A stretch of DNA of 64,000 nt from Geosiphon pyriformis uo1 (GCA_016748015.1 JAAOMT010000571.1:222582-286581); one strand, 5' to 3'; counted from the first letter of the stretch, positions 1 through 14,540 are shown. The notes: generated by a model not told the origin, from the sequence alone. Translations and numbers: made by a program.

Positions 1-3000
1 CTTTCGTCTTGACACTCTTCACAGCACTGACTTTGGCACGGGATGAGACAGTTTTCGCAGAGGTAAGTGTTGATTTGGGCGAGGTATTGTTCTTGCTCTT
101 GTCGAGTGGGGCATAGTTGTTGGTAGTAGTCCTGGAATTCGTCCACTGGGTCGAACATGTTGTAGCTGGCGACTTCGTCGGCTACTTCGGCTGACTCTTT
201 CCAACGTCGTATTTCTTCGGCAGTTCCTCCTCTTACTTTGGCTTGTGCAGTGTTGTACAACTTGTCCTCGTCGTGTGGGTAGTGCTATAGTCTTTTTAAC
301 GCTCTGTTGAATGCTGCTTCGAACGGCGTTCCTCCTCTTATCCAGTCACAGATGAGGATCGTGTATTGGCAAGTTGCGTCACATGTTCCTCCTCTGCCTG
401 GTAAGTCGTTCCAGTCACACCCTCTTGGTAACGGTTCTCCACAAGCGAGGCACGGTTCCTCGTCCCATTTTCCGTGTCTTTCTGGGTAACCGTATTTTTC
501 TTTGTTACAACGGTTACAATAGTAGTGGGTGGGGTTTCTTTGGTCTTCGTCTGGTGCGCTGCACGCAGTCATAGACGAGAGTTTCTTNNNNNNNNNNNNN
601 NNNNNNNTGGTCAAGTCCAGTGTAGAAAACCATTTTGCTCCTCCAAAAACGTCGAAGATTTCGTCAATTAACGGTATTGGGTATGAGTCTTTGGTTGTTT
701 TGCTGTTTAGTTTGCGATAGTCGACGCAAAATCTAATTTTTCCGTTCTTTTTCCTTACTAAAACAACTGGTGAGGACCATGGGCTCATTGATGGTTGTAT
801 TATTCCTTTTTCCAACATGCTTTGGACTTCTTCTCTGATAAAATTATGCTCCATTGGTGGGACACGGTAAGCGCGTTGTTTTTCAGGTCTGGCGTCTCCA
901 GTGGGGATTTGGTGTTGAACCAAGTTGGTTCTTCTAAATTCGCTATTTCTTGAAAATATATCAGAGTATTTTAAAATTAATGCTTTTAATTGTCGCTGTT
1001 GGTCGGGATCCATTGTTTCAATGTTTAATTTGGCCAATTCTTCTGGCGTAAATTGATAGCATTCTACCGGTTGTTGCCAATTTATTGAAGTGAGTTCACA
1101 GTAGAGGGCGATTTCTGGGAAATTTAGAATTTCTTGTGGTGTTGACGCGTTTTCTAGCTCCGTTCTGAGGTATCCAATGATGGTATCTTCCGGAATGTAG
1201 ACGGGTTCTTCTGTGGTGTTTGCGATAGGAATTTTTATCCATTGAGCTTTATCAGCTGGAATAAAAAAGTTAGTAAGTCCTATGAGAAACTGTTGGCCAG
1301 TTTCTGGGNNNNNNNNNNNNNNNNNNNNNNNNNNNNNNNNNNNNNNNNNNNNNNNNNNNNNNNNNNNNNNNNNNNNNNNNNNNNNNNNNNNNNNNNNNNN
1401 NNNNNNNNNNNNNNNNNNNNNNNNNNNNNNNNNNNNNNNNNNNNNNNNNNNNNNNNNNNNNNNNNNNNNNNNNNNNNNNNNNNNNNNNNNNNNNNNNNNN
1501 NNNNNNNNNNNNNNNNNNNNNNNNNNNNNNNNNNNNNNNNNNNNNNNNNNNNNNNNNNNNNNNNNNNNNNNNNNNNNNNNNNNNNNNNNNNNNNNNNNNN
1601 NNNNNNNNNNNNNNNNNNNNNNNNNNNNNNNNNNNNNNNNNNNNNNNNNNNNNNNNNNNNNNNNNNNNNNNNNNNNNNNNNNNNNNNNNNNNNNNNNNNN
1701 NNNNNNNNNNNNNNNNNNNNNNNNNNNNNNNNNNNNNNNNNNNNNNNNNNNNNNNNNNNNNNNNNNNNNNNNNNNNNNNNNNNNNNNNNNNNNNNNNNNN
1801 NNNNNNNNNNNNNNNNNNNNNNNNNNNNNNNNNNNNNNNNNNNNNNNNNNNNNNNNNNNNNNNNNNNNNNNNNNNNNNNNNNNNNNNNNNNNNNNNNNNN
1901 NNNNNNNNNNNNNNNNNNNNNNNNNNNNNNNNNNNNNNNNNNNNNNNNNNNNNNNNNNNNNNNNNNNNNNNNNNNNNNNNNNNNNNNNNNNNNNNNNNNN
2001 NNNNNNNNNNNNNNNNNNNNNNNNNNNNNNNNNNNNNNNNNNNNNNNNNNNNNNNNNNNNNNNNNNNNNNNNNNNNNNNNNNNNNNNNNNNNNNNNNNNN
2101 NNNNNNNNNNNNNNNNNNNNNNNNNNNNNNNNNNNNNNNNNNNNNNNNNNNNNNNNNNNNNNNNNNNNNNNNNNNNNNNNNNNNNNNNNNNNNNNNNNNN
2201 NNNNNNNNNNNNNNNNNNNNNNNNNNNNNNNNNNNNNNNNNNNNNNNNNNNNNNNNNNNNNNNNNNNNNNTGGTATTGGCGTGTACTGGTTTCTGGGCAT
2301 TTGGGGTGGCGTGTAGTAATTATTTTCGCGTGCTTCCTGCATCATTCGCATTCGACATTGACTAATCAAATGTCCTACACATTTGCAAAAATGGCAGGCG
2401 CGTGTTTCTGTTCTGAATTCCTGGCGCGACGAGCGATTATTTCGACTGTCGCTGACTTCCTGGCTGCGTCTTTGGGGTGGTTGGTATGTATTTTTTCTCG
2501 GATCCGGGATGAGGTAACTTTCTATTTTCTTAGAGAGTTCCTCCCCTAATTGCGTTACTCTTTTCTCTAATGTTTCTGTCTTATTTTCCTCCATTACCAT
2601 GTTANNNNNNNNNNNNNNNNNNNNNNNNNNNNNNNNNNNNNNNNNNNNNNNNNNNNNNNNNNNNNNNNNNNNNNNNNNNNNNNNNNNNNNNNNNNNNNNN
2701 NNNNNNNNNNNNNNNNNNNNNNNNNNNNNNNNNNNNNNNNNNNNNNNNNNNNNNNNNNNNNNNNNNNNNNNNNNNNNNNNNNNNNNNNNNNNNNNNNNNN
2801 NNNNNNNNNNNNNNNNNNNNNNNNNNNNNNNNNNNNNNNNNNNNNNNNNNNNNNNNNNNNNNNNNNNNNNNNNNNNNNNNNNNNNNNNNNNNNNNNNNNN
2901 NNNNNNNNNNNNNNNNNNNNNNNNNNNNNNNNNNNNNNNNNNNNNNNNNNNNNNNNNNNNNNNNNNNNNNNNNNNNNNNNNNNNNNNNNNNNNNNNNNNN

Positions 3001-5537
3001 NNNNNNNNNNNNNNNNNNNNNNNNNNNNNNNNNNNNNNNNNNNNNNNNNNNNNNNNNNNNNNNNNNNNNNNNNNNNNNNNNNNNNNNNNNNNNNNNNNNN
3101 NNNNNNNNNNNNNNNNNNNNNNNNNNNNNNNNNNNNNNNNNNNNNNNNNNNNNNNNNNNNNNNNNNNNNNNNNNNNNNNNNNNNNNNNNNNNNNNNNNNN
3201 NNNNNNNNNNNNNNNNNNNNNNNNNNNNNNNNNNNNNNNNNNNNNNNNNNNNNNNNNNNNNNNNNNNNNNNNNNNNNNNNNNNNNNNNNNNNNNNNNNNN
3301 NNNNNNNNNNNNNNNNNNNNNNNNNNNNNNNNNNNNNNNNNNNNNNNNNNNNNNNNNNNNNNNNNNNNNNNNNNNNNNNNNNNNNNNNNNNNNNNNNNNN
3401 NNNNNNNNNNNNNNNNNNNNNNNNNNNNNNNNNNNNNNNNNNNNNNNNNNNNNNNNNNNNNNNNNNNNNNNNNNNNNNNNNNNNNNNNNNNNNNNNNNNN
3501 NNNNNNTTTTCTGCTGGTGGGTTTATTGGTCTAAGAGGAGGTGGGATGATATTTCCTTGAGCGTTCCTAAAGGTGGCTTCCCTTATATCCGGTTTTTCCT
3601 CTTGATCACGAGTTTCTTGGTTTCTGGACTGGCTGCTTGTTTCAGTGACTGGTCTTGTGATTGTTTTTTCACTGGTCTCTTTTTCGGATTCTGATTCAGA
3701 CTCCTCTTCACGGTTTTCAAACCCCGTTCTAAATTTTGGCTGAAAAAGAGGGTTTTGGAATAGTGATGAATATCCTCCTGTAATTGGTATGTCTCCCCAG
3801 TTACATTGTTTAATTTTATCAATATAACTAGGAGTTCTTGGCGTTTGTGGAGTTGATGTTGATGATGATGCAGCTCCTAATGGAATTTGTATCTTATTTT
3901 CTGGTGAAAAATGGTATAATTTATCTTCTGGTGAATAAATACGTTGTTTCTTTATTGATTGAGTGACAGTTTTCTTTGGCGTTTGAGCTGGTGTTCCTAG
4001 TTTTTGCTGGTTACTTTCCTGATTAGTTTCTAAATTTTCTTTGGTTTTGTTGGCGCGTTCCCTAGTGTTTCCTGTGGATATTGGAAAATTTTTGTTGGCG
4101 TATTGCTCAATTTCTCGATGGATTTTGACAATAGTTGCGGCTATTACTGCTACTTCTTTTGTAGTGTATTGTGATAATTCTCTATACAATTCAAGTTTTG
4201 CGTCGTGTGGTTCTTCTTCCTTTCCTATATGATAATTTATTCTGGCGTTGATATAATAAGTGAGGGCAGATTCTGCTGGACAACACCCTTCTGGTAATCC
4301 ANNNNNNNNNNNNNNNNNNNNNNNNNNNNNNNNNNNNNNNNNNNNNNNNNNNNNNNNNNNNNNNNNNNNNNNNNNNNNNNNNNNNNNNNNNNNNNNNNNN
4401 NNNNNNNNNNNNNNNNNNNNNNNNNNNNNNNNNNNNNNNNNNNNNNNNNNNNNNNNNNNNNNNNNNNNNNNNNNNNNNNNNNNNNNNNNNNNNNNNNNNN
4501 NNNNNNNNNNNNNNNNNNNNNNNNNNNNNNNNNNNNNNNNNNNNNNNNNNNNNNNNNNNNNNNNNNNNNNNNNNNNNNNNNNNNNNNNNNNNNNNNNNNN
4601 NNNNNNNNNNNNNNNNNNNNNNNNNNNNNNNNNNNNNNNNNNNNNNNNNNNNNNNNNNNNNNNNNNNNNNNNNNNNNNNNNNNNNNNNNNNNNNNNNNNN
4701 NNNNNNNNNNNNNNNNNNNNNNNNNNNNNNNNNNNNNNNNNNNNNNNNNNNNNNNNNNNNNNNNNNNNNNNNNNNNNNNNNNNNNNNNNNNNNNNNNNNN
4801 NNNNNNNNNNNNNNNNNNNNNNNNNNNNNNNNNNNNNNNNNNNNNNNNNNNNNNNNNNNNNNNNNNNNNNNNNNNNNNNNNNNNNNNNNNNNNNNNNNNN
4901 NNNNNNNNNNNNNNNNNNNNNNNNNNNNNNNNNNNNNNNNNNNNNNNNNNNNNNNNNNNNNNNNNNNNNNNNNNNNNNNNNNNNNNNNNNNNNNNNNNNN
5001 NNNNNNNNNNNNNNNNNNNNNNNNNNNNNNNNNNNNNNNNNNNNNNNNNNNNNNNNNNNNNNNNNAATGATAGTTTCATTTAATAAATAATACAAGTAAG
5101 TTTCTTAATACTTTGGGTTGTGATAGTTCAGTTTTAAATATTCTTTTTCATTTCTTTTTGATTTTAAAGGTTTCTTGGGATATTTAATTTGAAAGTATGA
5201 TTTAAAGTGGAGTTTGTTGGATAAAATTGGATCTATTGCTTGATAAGTTATGATTTTTATTACTTGATTGATTCTTTCCCAATATTAAAACTACTGTATA
5301 TATACATGTTTGTAGTTCTACGAGAAAATACTTTCTTTTTGATATTTCAACCTGGTGCTTGCTGCTATCACCAGTTGGTGTTGGCTGCTATTGTGAACTG
5401 GTGCTTGCCACTATCGCGAGATGGTGTTTGCTATTATGTTAATCATTACCTTTCTAAGATTATTACTGTGCTATATTATGATTGAATAGTTTGTATTATT
5501 TTTATGATTCTTTTTGCTAAATTCTTAAACCGTAACA
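1..5537 (-). mobile_element. Ty3/gypsy LTR retrotransposon family A, gapped/partial copy (A1)
   Basis: Sequenced islands are near-identical (reverse complement) to parts of the 18571-28048 element or continue its gag: Cys-rich domain (1-587), pre-RT/RT start SPWSSPVVLV..RFCVDYRKLN (608-1308), gag zinc knuckle CHFCKCVGHLISQC (2271-2604), gag N-terminus (3506-4301), LTR (5066-5537). Most of the span is N. Confidence 0.85.
5066..5537 (-). repeat. Family A LTR (5' part), starting TGTTACGG at 5537
   Basis: Reverse complement matches 18571 onward; truncated by an N gap. Confidence 0.9.
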
Positions 5538-5630
5538 TCAGCAATGTTCTTTGAAAATTTTCTTCTATTATTGGTTTTGTTGAATATGTTTTGACTTCTA
5601 TTTCAACTGGTAATATTGCTGTTTTACTAT
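5538..5630 (-). pseudogene. Short integrase C-terminal remnant of a family-B-like element, between two LTR ends
   Basis: Translates KTAILPVEIEVKTYSTKPIIEENFQRTLL; matches the B1 integrase at ~7563-7655. Confidence 0.75.
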
Positions 5631-6418
5631 TGTTACAAATAATTATTTGGGGTTTCAAATCAAATAACAAACCCATAACTTGGTGCTCAATTAATATATT
5701 GATGTTGGCAATTTTTGAAGGTGTGGTTTCTGAAGGTTTTGGTTGAGTTTTTTGTATAATAGACAAAGATTCAATTAATAGTTTTATCTATAGCTTCTCG
5801 AAACCACAGTTTCATCAATTTTTTTTTTAGCATAATGGCCAATAATTCTCCTGATAAGATATTCTCAATTCCAAATGTCTACCCTTATTCTTAGATCCTT
5901 TACCAGTGCTATATTCTGACATCAGTACTTTTGTGTGTAATTCTTTTTAATCAAGTTAACAAAACAACAAAGAAAATAAAACAAGAAAAAAAAATAAGAA
6001 ATAAGCCAAGGCAATTTACATGTTAGTATCCCATCAATAGCCATAATCAAGAGCTATTGTTCCAGTGTGGTTAAGTGTCAACAACTATCAACATAAAATG
6101 TTGATAGTGGAAAATGAATTGCAATGGTAAATAATTATTTATTAATATTTATGATGTAAAAAGTTGCTTAGATTAAAACTAAACTGAGAGGTCTGTCTTT
6201 TTTTTTTAATGCTATTACTATATATACATAATTGATGTTTTACAAGATCACTCACATTTCCAAACAATGTGCTATAATTTCTTAAGCAATGCTCATATTG
6301 TTGAACAATGTGCCCTAATTTTCTAATATTGCTCCACATTGTTGAACAATGTGCTCATGTGCTAACTACTACTCTCCTATTAATCTATTATTTTCTATAT
6401 CTGTTTTTATGAGTAACA
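5631..6418 (-). repeat. B1 3' LTR
   Basis: TGTTAC...GTAACA termini; homologous to 14580-15344; PPT immediately adjacent at 6419-6433. Confidence 0.85.
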
Positions 6419-6431
6419 TTATCTCCACCTT

Positions 6432-7089
6432 TTAATATTGAGCTTTATCAAAATTCTCATTTTGAATTATGTTGAATACTTTTTTTTCCAGTAGCATTTG
6501 TTTTACTTTACTCTTTATTTCTTCAATTTGTAAATTATTCATTCTTTCCTATTGGTTAATGGTTATTGTTTCTATATTAAAGTGTAACAATACTTCTGAG
6601 TAGTTTTAAAATATAGTGTGTAATCAATAAATGGTCCTGATGTGTAGTGTCAAGTTTGTTTTCTTTCCAATAATGTTTTTAATGTTCCAGACTATCTCTT
6701 GATTGAAAATTCTTTTGGATTTGTCAAGATATAACTTCCGAATATCTACTTTTTGTCCCAATTAATAGTAGTAGTATAACATTGGAAGTTGGTTTATCTA
6801 TTGGTTCCAATTTTCTTTTGTTAGTTCTTCTGTTGGAATAATAATAGTTATCTTTCCAAAAGTGTTCTTTACTTTCTCTACTATTTTATTTGACCAGTTT
6901 ATTGATTGTTTCTGTGGTTGCTGGTATGGTGTACTTTTCCTTTTTTGTTTGATGTTTCAATAACAAATCATTTGGTTGTTGATAATAATTTTCATGTTTA
7001 CTTGCTGTTAATCTAAAGCCTAAAACAATTATTGAGCTAAAATATGGATATGATCTAGTATTTTTATTTTTCTTTGTTGCTTTTATCAT
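6432..7089 (-). pseudogene. B1 ORF3 (post-integrase ORF), degenerate homologue of A2 ORF3
   Basis: Manual translation LPMLYYYY*LGQKVDIRKLYLDKSKRIF...IRTIY*LHTIF...ITINQ*ERMNNLQIEEI...NFDKAQY* aligns with A2 FPINYCYYQLGKHLNIQTLYSKDSTRVF...SKTVYRIFKAF...ITTNSIGRLTNLQFQEL...DFDRAQS*. Confidence 0.8.
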
Positions 7090-7122
7090 GTATATTGTGT
7101 CTTTATATACTCTTTTGGTTGT

Positions 7123-8506
7123 TCAATTTGATATGTTTGGTTCAATAATTATGGTTGGTTCCAGATCTTATGGAATCTTATCTGGTTGGACTAGTATTTT
7201 TTGTACTTTTTATTGTAAAATCTTACTGGTAGATGGTGACACTATATGGTAATATGGTTTCAGTTAATCACTATATGCTGCTTTGGCTAAAATTTTGTTG
7301 TTCTATCTTAATTTATAAGCTCCATTTTCTAGAATTTTTTCTATGTAAAATAGTCTGTTTCATTTGGGATCAAATTTTCCACTCCATTGTTTTTTTGCTT
7401 TGGTATAATGTAGAAGTACTTTGTCTCCAATCTTAAATTCGATTGGTTTATCTGGTAGTTGGTTATTATGTCTTTTTTTTTGTTTTTTTTGTGACTTTTG
7501 GATGTTATTAGCTGCTTTTTACTATTTGTTTTCTAGTGTTTCCATTAAGTAATATGTTCTTTTCAGCAATGTTCTTTGAAAATTCTCTTTTGTTATTGGT
7601 TTTGTTGAATATGTTCTGACTTTTATCTCAACTGATAATGTTGTTGTTTTACTGTATACTAATTCAAATAATGTTGCTTATGTAGTGTCTTGCTTTATTG
7701 TTCTGTAAGCAAATAATACTGATGGTATAAACAAATCTCATTCGTCCTGGTTTTCTTGGCTGATCTTGGCTATTGCTTTACACAGTGTTCTGTTGAACCT
7801 TTCAACTAATCCATTTGTTTGTGAATGGTATGATAATGATAATGGTCTTTTTATCGCAAAATTTTTGACTTAATTCTGTCAATGTTCTATTCACAAAGTA
7901 AGTTCCTTGATCTAATAGTAGTTTTTTTGGACATCTGTATCAATAGATCAAATCTTAATGAATGAATTTGGCAACAGATTCTGCATCTGCTCTTTGAATG
8001 GCTTTTGCTTCTGGTCATTTTGTGAGATAATCTATGACTACTGCAATATATCTGTTGCCTCTACTGGTAATTGTTAATGGTCTGACTAAGTCAATTCTGA
8101 TATGATTGAATAGTTGTTCTACTTTAATTGGTCTCAATAATTCACTGGGTTTTGTTCCACTTCTTCTTTGACAAGCATTACAATTTTGAACATATTGGAT
8201 AATATTCAGATATATTGATGGCCAATAGTATCTTTTTTTGATTCTTTCCATGGTTGCTTCTTTGTGAAAATGTCCTATTGTTGAATCTGAGTGCATATTG
8301 AACAATATTGTCTCTTTCTCTGGTTCTGTAATTACTCTGGTTGGTTGATCTGGATTTCTTTTGTTCTTTTGGTAAAGTATATTGTAATGATTAATAAAAT
8401 ATTTTGATTGTTGTTTTATGTTATTTTGTTCTTTCTGAGATAATTTCTCCTTGAACAATTAGGTATTTATATAATATTGAAGTTGTTGGTATTTTTGTAT
8501 ATTCAT
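7123..8506 (-). pseudogene. B1 integrase, separate ORF with own ATG at 8506, multiple stops
   Basis: HHCC motif (HSDSTIGHF..CNAC), IDL..PL, GLVERFN region; ORF track 8015..8458. Confidence 0.85.
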
Positions 8507-8538
8507 CTTTTTGTTATATTTTTGGGTTTGAAATGTTT

Positions 8539-11500
8539 TTAGATTTGTCTCATTTATGACAAACTGTTGGCATTTCCATTTTTTTTTTCTTTTTTGTAAT
8601 GTAGTGTATAATTAAATGATGAAAGTTTTATTTTCCATCTGGTATGGTAATCATCTCCAAATTTTTGCTTTTGAATTGAAATTAATTCTTTATGATCAGT
8701 ATATATGTCAAATTTTTGGCTCAAGTATTTTTTCCATTTTTTGACTGCCTAATAAATAGCTAAGTGTTCTAGCACTGGAGTTTTATAATTTTTTTTGGCT
8801 GGACTTAAGCTTCTGCTGGTGTAAGCTATTGGGTGTTTTTGTCCATCTGGTCTTTTTTGAGATAGTACTGCTCCTAATGCTTGACCAGATGCATCTGTTG
8901 TAATTATAAATGGCTTGCTATGATCCAAATAGATCAGTATTGGAACTTGAATAAGCTTTCTTCTTAATGTATTAAAAGCTTCTTGCTGAGTTTTTGTTCA
9001 TTCATATCTGGTGTTCTTTGTTTGGAGCTGGTGTAATGGCTGAGCCAGTTTGGAAAAGTCTTTGATAAAATGATAGTAGTAACCTGCAAATCCTAAGAAT
9101 GCTTGTAGTTCCATCAAGTTGGTAGGTATTGAAAAGTTCTTAACTATCTTAATTTTGTCTAGATCCATTTTTATTCTGCCTTTGCTTATAACATATTCCA
9201 AAAACTTGAGTTCAGTTTTTTCAAAGAAACATTTGGTTGCATTTAATTTTAATTCAGCTCTTCTTAGTTTTTCAAATACTTGTTGAAGATAGTATAAATG
9301 ATCATCAAATATTTTAGAGAACATGTTAGTGTCATCCAGATATATAACTACTGATTTTCATAATAATCCAGTATAAACAATTTTCATAAGTTATTGAAAT
9401 ATGGCAAAAACATTCATTAAGCCAAATGACATAACTTCAAATTCAAAATTCTCTTCTCATGTTGTAAAAGCTGTTATTTTTATCTTTTAGTTTCATGGCT
9501 ACTTGCCAGTAACTACTGTCTAAATCTAAAGTTAAAAACCATTTTTTTCTTCCAAAAGTATCAAACAGCTCTTGAATTTTTGGTGTTAGATAGCTATCTT
9601 CTTTGGTTACTTCATTCAGTTTCTGATAATCCACACAAAAGCAGATTTTTCCATTTTTCTTTTAGACTAGTACTATTGGTAATGACCATGGACTCATTGA
9701 TGACTGAATTAGCTCATTATTAAGCATCTGATTGATTTCTTAACAAATAATCTCATGGCTGGCTGGTGGTACTCTGTATGTTCTTTGTTTGATTGGCATT
9801 GCATCTCTAGTCTTAATCTAATGCTGGATTATATTAGTTCTACCAAATTCATTTTTGCTGGCAAAAATGTTATTGAAGTTGTTGAGTAATATTTTAAGCT
9901 ACATATATTATAGTGGGTTTAGATTTTCCAAGTTCATTTGTTCCAATTGTTTTGGTTGGAGCAGATAATATTTTTCTTATCCATAGATTGTTTGTGATGT
10001 GATATCCACATATCTGCACAGTTGTAAAAAGTCTGAAATGGGGTTTGGTAATTGTTCTTCAACTTCTATGCTTAAATATCCAATGGTAATTTTTTTTGGT
10101 ATTTTGATGACATTTTTTATGTTGTTGTAAATGGGAATTTTAATGTGGTTGTAGTTTTTGGCTGGTATGTGTAGATTGATTAATCCAATTTTTTTTAATT
10201 CATAAAGTGTTGCTTCAGCCTCAAAAATTTGAACCTGATCCTTTATTTTTCTCTCTATAGTTACCATGTATTGGTTATATGATTGAATGGAAATTGGTTA
10301 ATGGGTAGAGATAATTTCTCTCTTGTTAACAATTTCTTTCTCTGCCATATTAACTGGTATATCTATTCTACTCATAGATTTGAACCCTTGTATTTCTTTA
10401 GCTGTAATCCCTAATTTCTTTCTGTTTTCTACTAATATTAATTGAGCTATTTTAACTAAAGACAGGAATATTGCCTGTGCTATCTTTTTGTTTGGCTTTA
10501 TGATGTAGGCTTTTTCTGAGTCATTTTGTAGCATTGTAATAATATTTTTTACATATCCTGCATTAATTATTCCTTCCTTGATGTTGATTCCTTTTTTCAC
10601 TAAACTACTCCTAATGCTTATTGGACTATTGTTGTTGTTGAGATTTCTAGTGCTATTTTGAGATCAATACAAGTGTGTAAATGTGGTTCCAATTTAATAG
10701 CATCTTTTCCTGAATATCTCAGATCAAACCCAGCATCTGTATTATGTGCCTATTCTGGCATAATACCTTCATTGTTATCATTAAACTATTTCAATTCCTG
10801 TTTTTTGGTAAGATTAAGAGAGCAATATATTGTTTTGGGTTTGAATCTGAGTATGAATTACAATCATTGCTATTGCCAATTTAAACAGAGCTGGAACTAT
10901 TGTTATCATTGTCGTTATTGTCAGAGTTTAAATTGGGATTGAAAGTTGATTCCAATTCTAATGTGCAGCTGCTTATTGGTTCTTCTTTTTCTAGGATTGT
11001 GTAAATCATGCATAGTGGTAGATTGTAAATGAGATCACAATCATCACAATATTCAAAATCACTGGGAATTAAACAATGTTGGTATAGTTTGGTATTCAAT
11101 TCTTCTAGCCATTGTTTTTGTTTCTCTTTTGTTGGTGCTAGGTTTTGATAGTGCTTGTGAAATTCCTCTGGGCCTGCTTCAATGTTAAAGAAAATGTTAG
11201 GATTTGGAATGAGAACCATTTTCACTGGTTTTGGTGGGTTGTTTTAATTTCTAAAATCTCACTAGATATGGCTTCTTTAACTTTGGCATTCTCTATTCTC
11301 CAGATCTTGTTTTCATCATATAGATAACTATTTAAATAAGTTATTGCTTAGTGCTAAACTATAGTAATGGAAGTGCCATGACTGACTCAATTACTTATGA
11401 GGATTGTGTACTGGCACGAAATGTCACATGTTCCTCTTTGACCAAGAATGTCATTCCATATTTTTTTATCGAGTAATCATTCACTACAAATGAGACATAG

Positions 11501-14500
11501 TTTATTGTCCTATTTTCCCTGTTTCTTTGGATAGCCATAGCATTTTCTATGGCATGGCTTGCAATAATAGTGAGTTTTTGTCCAATAGTCTTCATCAGAT
11601 GCTATCCAAGCTCCTATGGAGGAAAGTTTCTTTTATTGGTTCACATGAGTACTCTCTTTTCCAGCCACTAGTTATTTCCTCTGTATTAGTGTCTTCTTCT
11701 GGTGTGTCTTCTTCCTTTCTTTTCCCTTTGTTGTCCCAAAAGAGTACTGGTAATAACTCATTGTGTTTGGTATTGGCCCAGAAAACTTGGTAAGTTTTTC
11801 AAGTAGGTTTCTTTTCTTTTTTTTCTAATTTAATAAGTGGTCTGTTATTTGTAGTGGTCTTGAAATAATCACAAGTGGCTGGTATGCATGTGTGGTAATC
11901 ATTTTGGCTGAACTGCAGCTCTTGGGTGTTCCAGTTAAATATGGTATTGGTTTTAGACAGCCAGTCATTTCCAACAAGAGCTTGGTACTGAGTAGCTTTT
12001 ATCACAAGAACTTTGATGGATATGATGATGTCATTGATTTTAATAGATAATTTGTCTATTTTGCCAATTGAAGTTTTGGTTACTCTATTGGTTGTTATGA
12101 TTCTGGTGCTAGTAGTACAATCAACTCAATGACCTAATTGGTTCATGAGTTGTCATGTAATGATGCTGCCTATTAAACCACTCTTTAGAATCAGTTTTAT
12201 GATCTGACCATTGACTTTAGCATTAGTGTACATGGCAGTAATGAGTTTTTCTTTGAGTGCAACTTCACTAAACAATGGTGTTTGTAATGGTTCTTTGAAT
12301 TCAAATGAGAAAATTGCTGCTAATGATTTGTTATTGGTTATGATGGCTGAAAGTATGTTGCTAGTAAGTAATTTGTTTTGGTTGAATTCCCGGTTGTTGG
12401 ATGAGACATCTTCTGGGGTAATCAAGAGACTTAAGTAATGTTGGGAGTTTGGGTTTTAGGCATGTCTAGTCTCCAAATTCTGAGAGCGAATTCTTGATTG
12501 TTAAGTAGAAGAGCTGCAAATTGGTTGATGGACAACCATTGCTGATCTCCAGTTTTGTTGTGTTATTCTCAGCCTTTGTGTTCTAATTTGAAGTAAGTTT
12601 TGTGATGGTGTTTGATTTTGTTGGGGCTGGTATATTACTTGCAGCTGTGGCTAATAAATAACAGATGTTGTTGGCTGATAAATTGGAGCTTAATATATTG
12701 GCAGTTAATAAATTGGCTGTTGCATCATTTGGGAGTAATGAAGTGAATAGTGATCTTGATTTGGGTATTGATTTGGTGTTTGAAACCTGCAATTGGAGTT
12801 TTAATATTGAGTTCTCAATCATAGATTATTATTATAAGAATAGTAGTCAATTCTCAAATAGTCTTGTTTATCACAATTGTGGCAGACATGCATCTCTTGC
12901 TGCCATAACTGATTAGATGATAGTAAAGAACGTGACTGATTTTGGTAGCAATTTATGTTTCTAGAATTATTGTATTGTTGGAGTGGCTGATAAATTGTGT
13001 GATTGTTAGCTAAATATTCTTCTAATTTCTGATTAATTGAATCACTGAGTTGTTTCAATTTGGAATCCAAGTCAGATAATCTATTTATAACTAGATTGAT
13101 AGCTTGAGTATGGTTAACTTTGAGTTCTGCAGCTTTGAAATCTCATGCATTGGTAACTGCATCTTAGAGAGTTTGTAAGTACATTAGACATACATGTTGG
13201 AGGATGCTACTGCACAGTTCATAGATGAATTGGTTCAGAATCTGTAATGTTGTAAAGTAATTCATGTCAATTGCTTATATTTGATACAAGTTTCTATGGA
13301 AGCATCCTAAGTAAGTAGTGACTGCTTCAGTTTTTTCTTGCTTGATGGTAGTAAAAGTATTGGCTAAGTGATTAATACTATTATTGTTGTTAAAATATTT
13401 CAGAAACTCAAGCTTGAATGCATTGAAATCCTGAGTTTGTTAACCAGGTTTTGATACTAAGAATTGGCAGTATTCTGGAGAAAGTATGGAATGGCTTGTA
13501 TGGTTCTTGCATCATTTTATCTATTGGCTGTGATGGCTTTTTCTACATTGTTCAGCCACACTTGGGCACTATTTTCTTCACCCATGAATTTTTCGAGTTT
13601 TGCTATTGGGACATAGACCATTGGATCTAAGTTTGGTTGTTGTGATGGTTGAAGTAATAATGGCTGAGATAGTATTGGTGGTAGTTGAAGTTGTTTAGCA
13701 ATTAGATCAATTGGTAATTGATTAATGATGATCTTTGGAGGTAAGTTTTGCTGATTAATTAACTCGGAGTTTGCTGAATTTGAATATTCAGAGTTTCAAT
13801 TTCTGGATTTTCTACAATTGGGTTTTGATAATTAAATTCTTGATCCTTTTTTTCCTCTTCTTCTGATGCTGTTATCTCCCAAAGACTTGCAGTTCTGAAA
13901 TCTGGTGGAGGTGGTGGTGATCGGAATTCTGATGGCATTGGCAATTGTGATTTAAATCCTTCGAAGTAATCACCATAGGTTCCTAATAATTCCACTTTTT
14001 TTTGTTTATTTTGAAATAATAGTCATCCAAATATTAATGTTGCATTTGATGTAGATGCATCTGCTAATGTGATATTGATGGTATTTCTGGGTGTGTAATA
14101 GTATAATGGATATAATAGAGATTCAATTTTTTGTTTCTTCTACATTGGTAATTGTATTCCTTTTGGAGTTGCTACTAGTGTTTGTAACTTTCTTTTACTT
14201 TTATCTGCATAGGTAATAAAAAATTATTGTTAAGTGTATCTCTTAATTTCTTGATTAATTTTTCTGATAATTGGCACAAAACTGTAATTTCGTGGTAAGC
14301 TAGTGTATTGAATTAATTCTGTATAAAAATTTTTTCTTGCTAATTTAATGTTAACTGGTCTTCTAAGAAAATTTGTGATTTTTTTGTTAATGTAAAAGTT
14401 GAAGGCTAATTCTGCTGGATAATAGTTGTTGATTAAGCTCAATTGTTGGCTGTATTGTTGAAACAAGAATTTAGCAAATCCTAAATGATTTGTCCCTATT

Positions 14501-14540
14501 ATTTCTGATTCTGTTATCTTTAAATAATTGTTGTTGGTGC
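8539..14540 (-). pseudogene. B1 gag-PR-Cys-rich-dUTPase-RT-RNaseH polyprotein relic
   Basis: ORF fragments: gag (14230-14466, 13759-13995), degenerate zinc knuckle (12819-13070), protease IKLILKSG (12153-12425), dUTPase DAGFDL/KIAQAIF (~10300-10790), RT DYQKLN/FLGFAGYY (8998-9634), RNaseH TDAS (~8890-8900). Confidence 0.85.

Noticed and set aside
285-2600. 771-aa ORF with the Cys-rich domain downstream of RT (apparent novel domain order)
   Set aside because: It reads through N gaps. The order contradicts intact A2 and the switch occurs at a 20-N gap, so it is a scaffolding artefact or two copies.
1242-5095. Long X-filled ORFs on both strands
   Set aside because: Open only because of Ns.
5240-5485. 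Recurrent 73-81 aa ORF (also 17694-17915, 27233-27478)
   Set aside because: Antisense to the family-A LTR with non-ATG starts; recurrence just reflects LTR identity.
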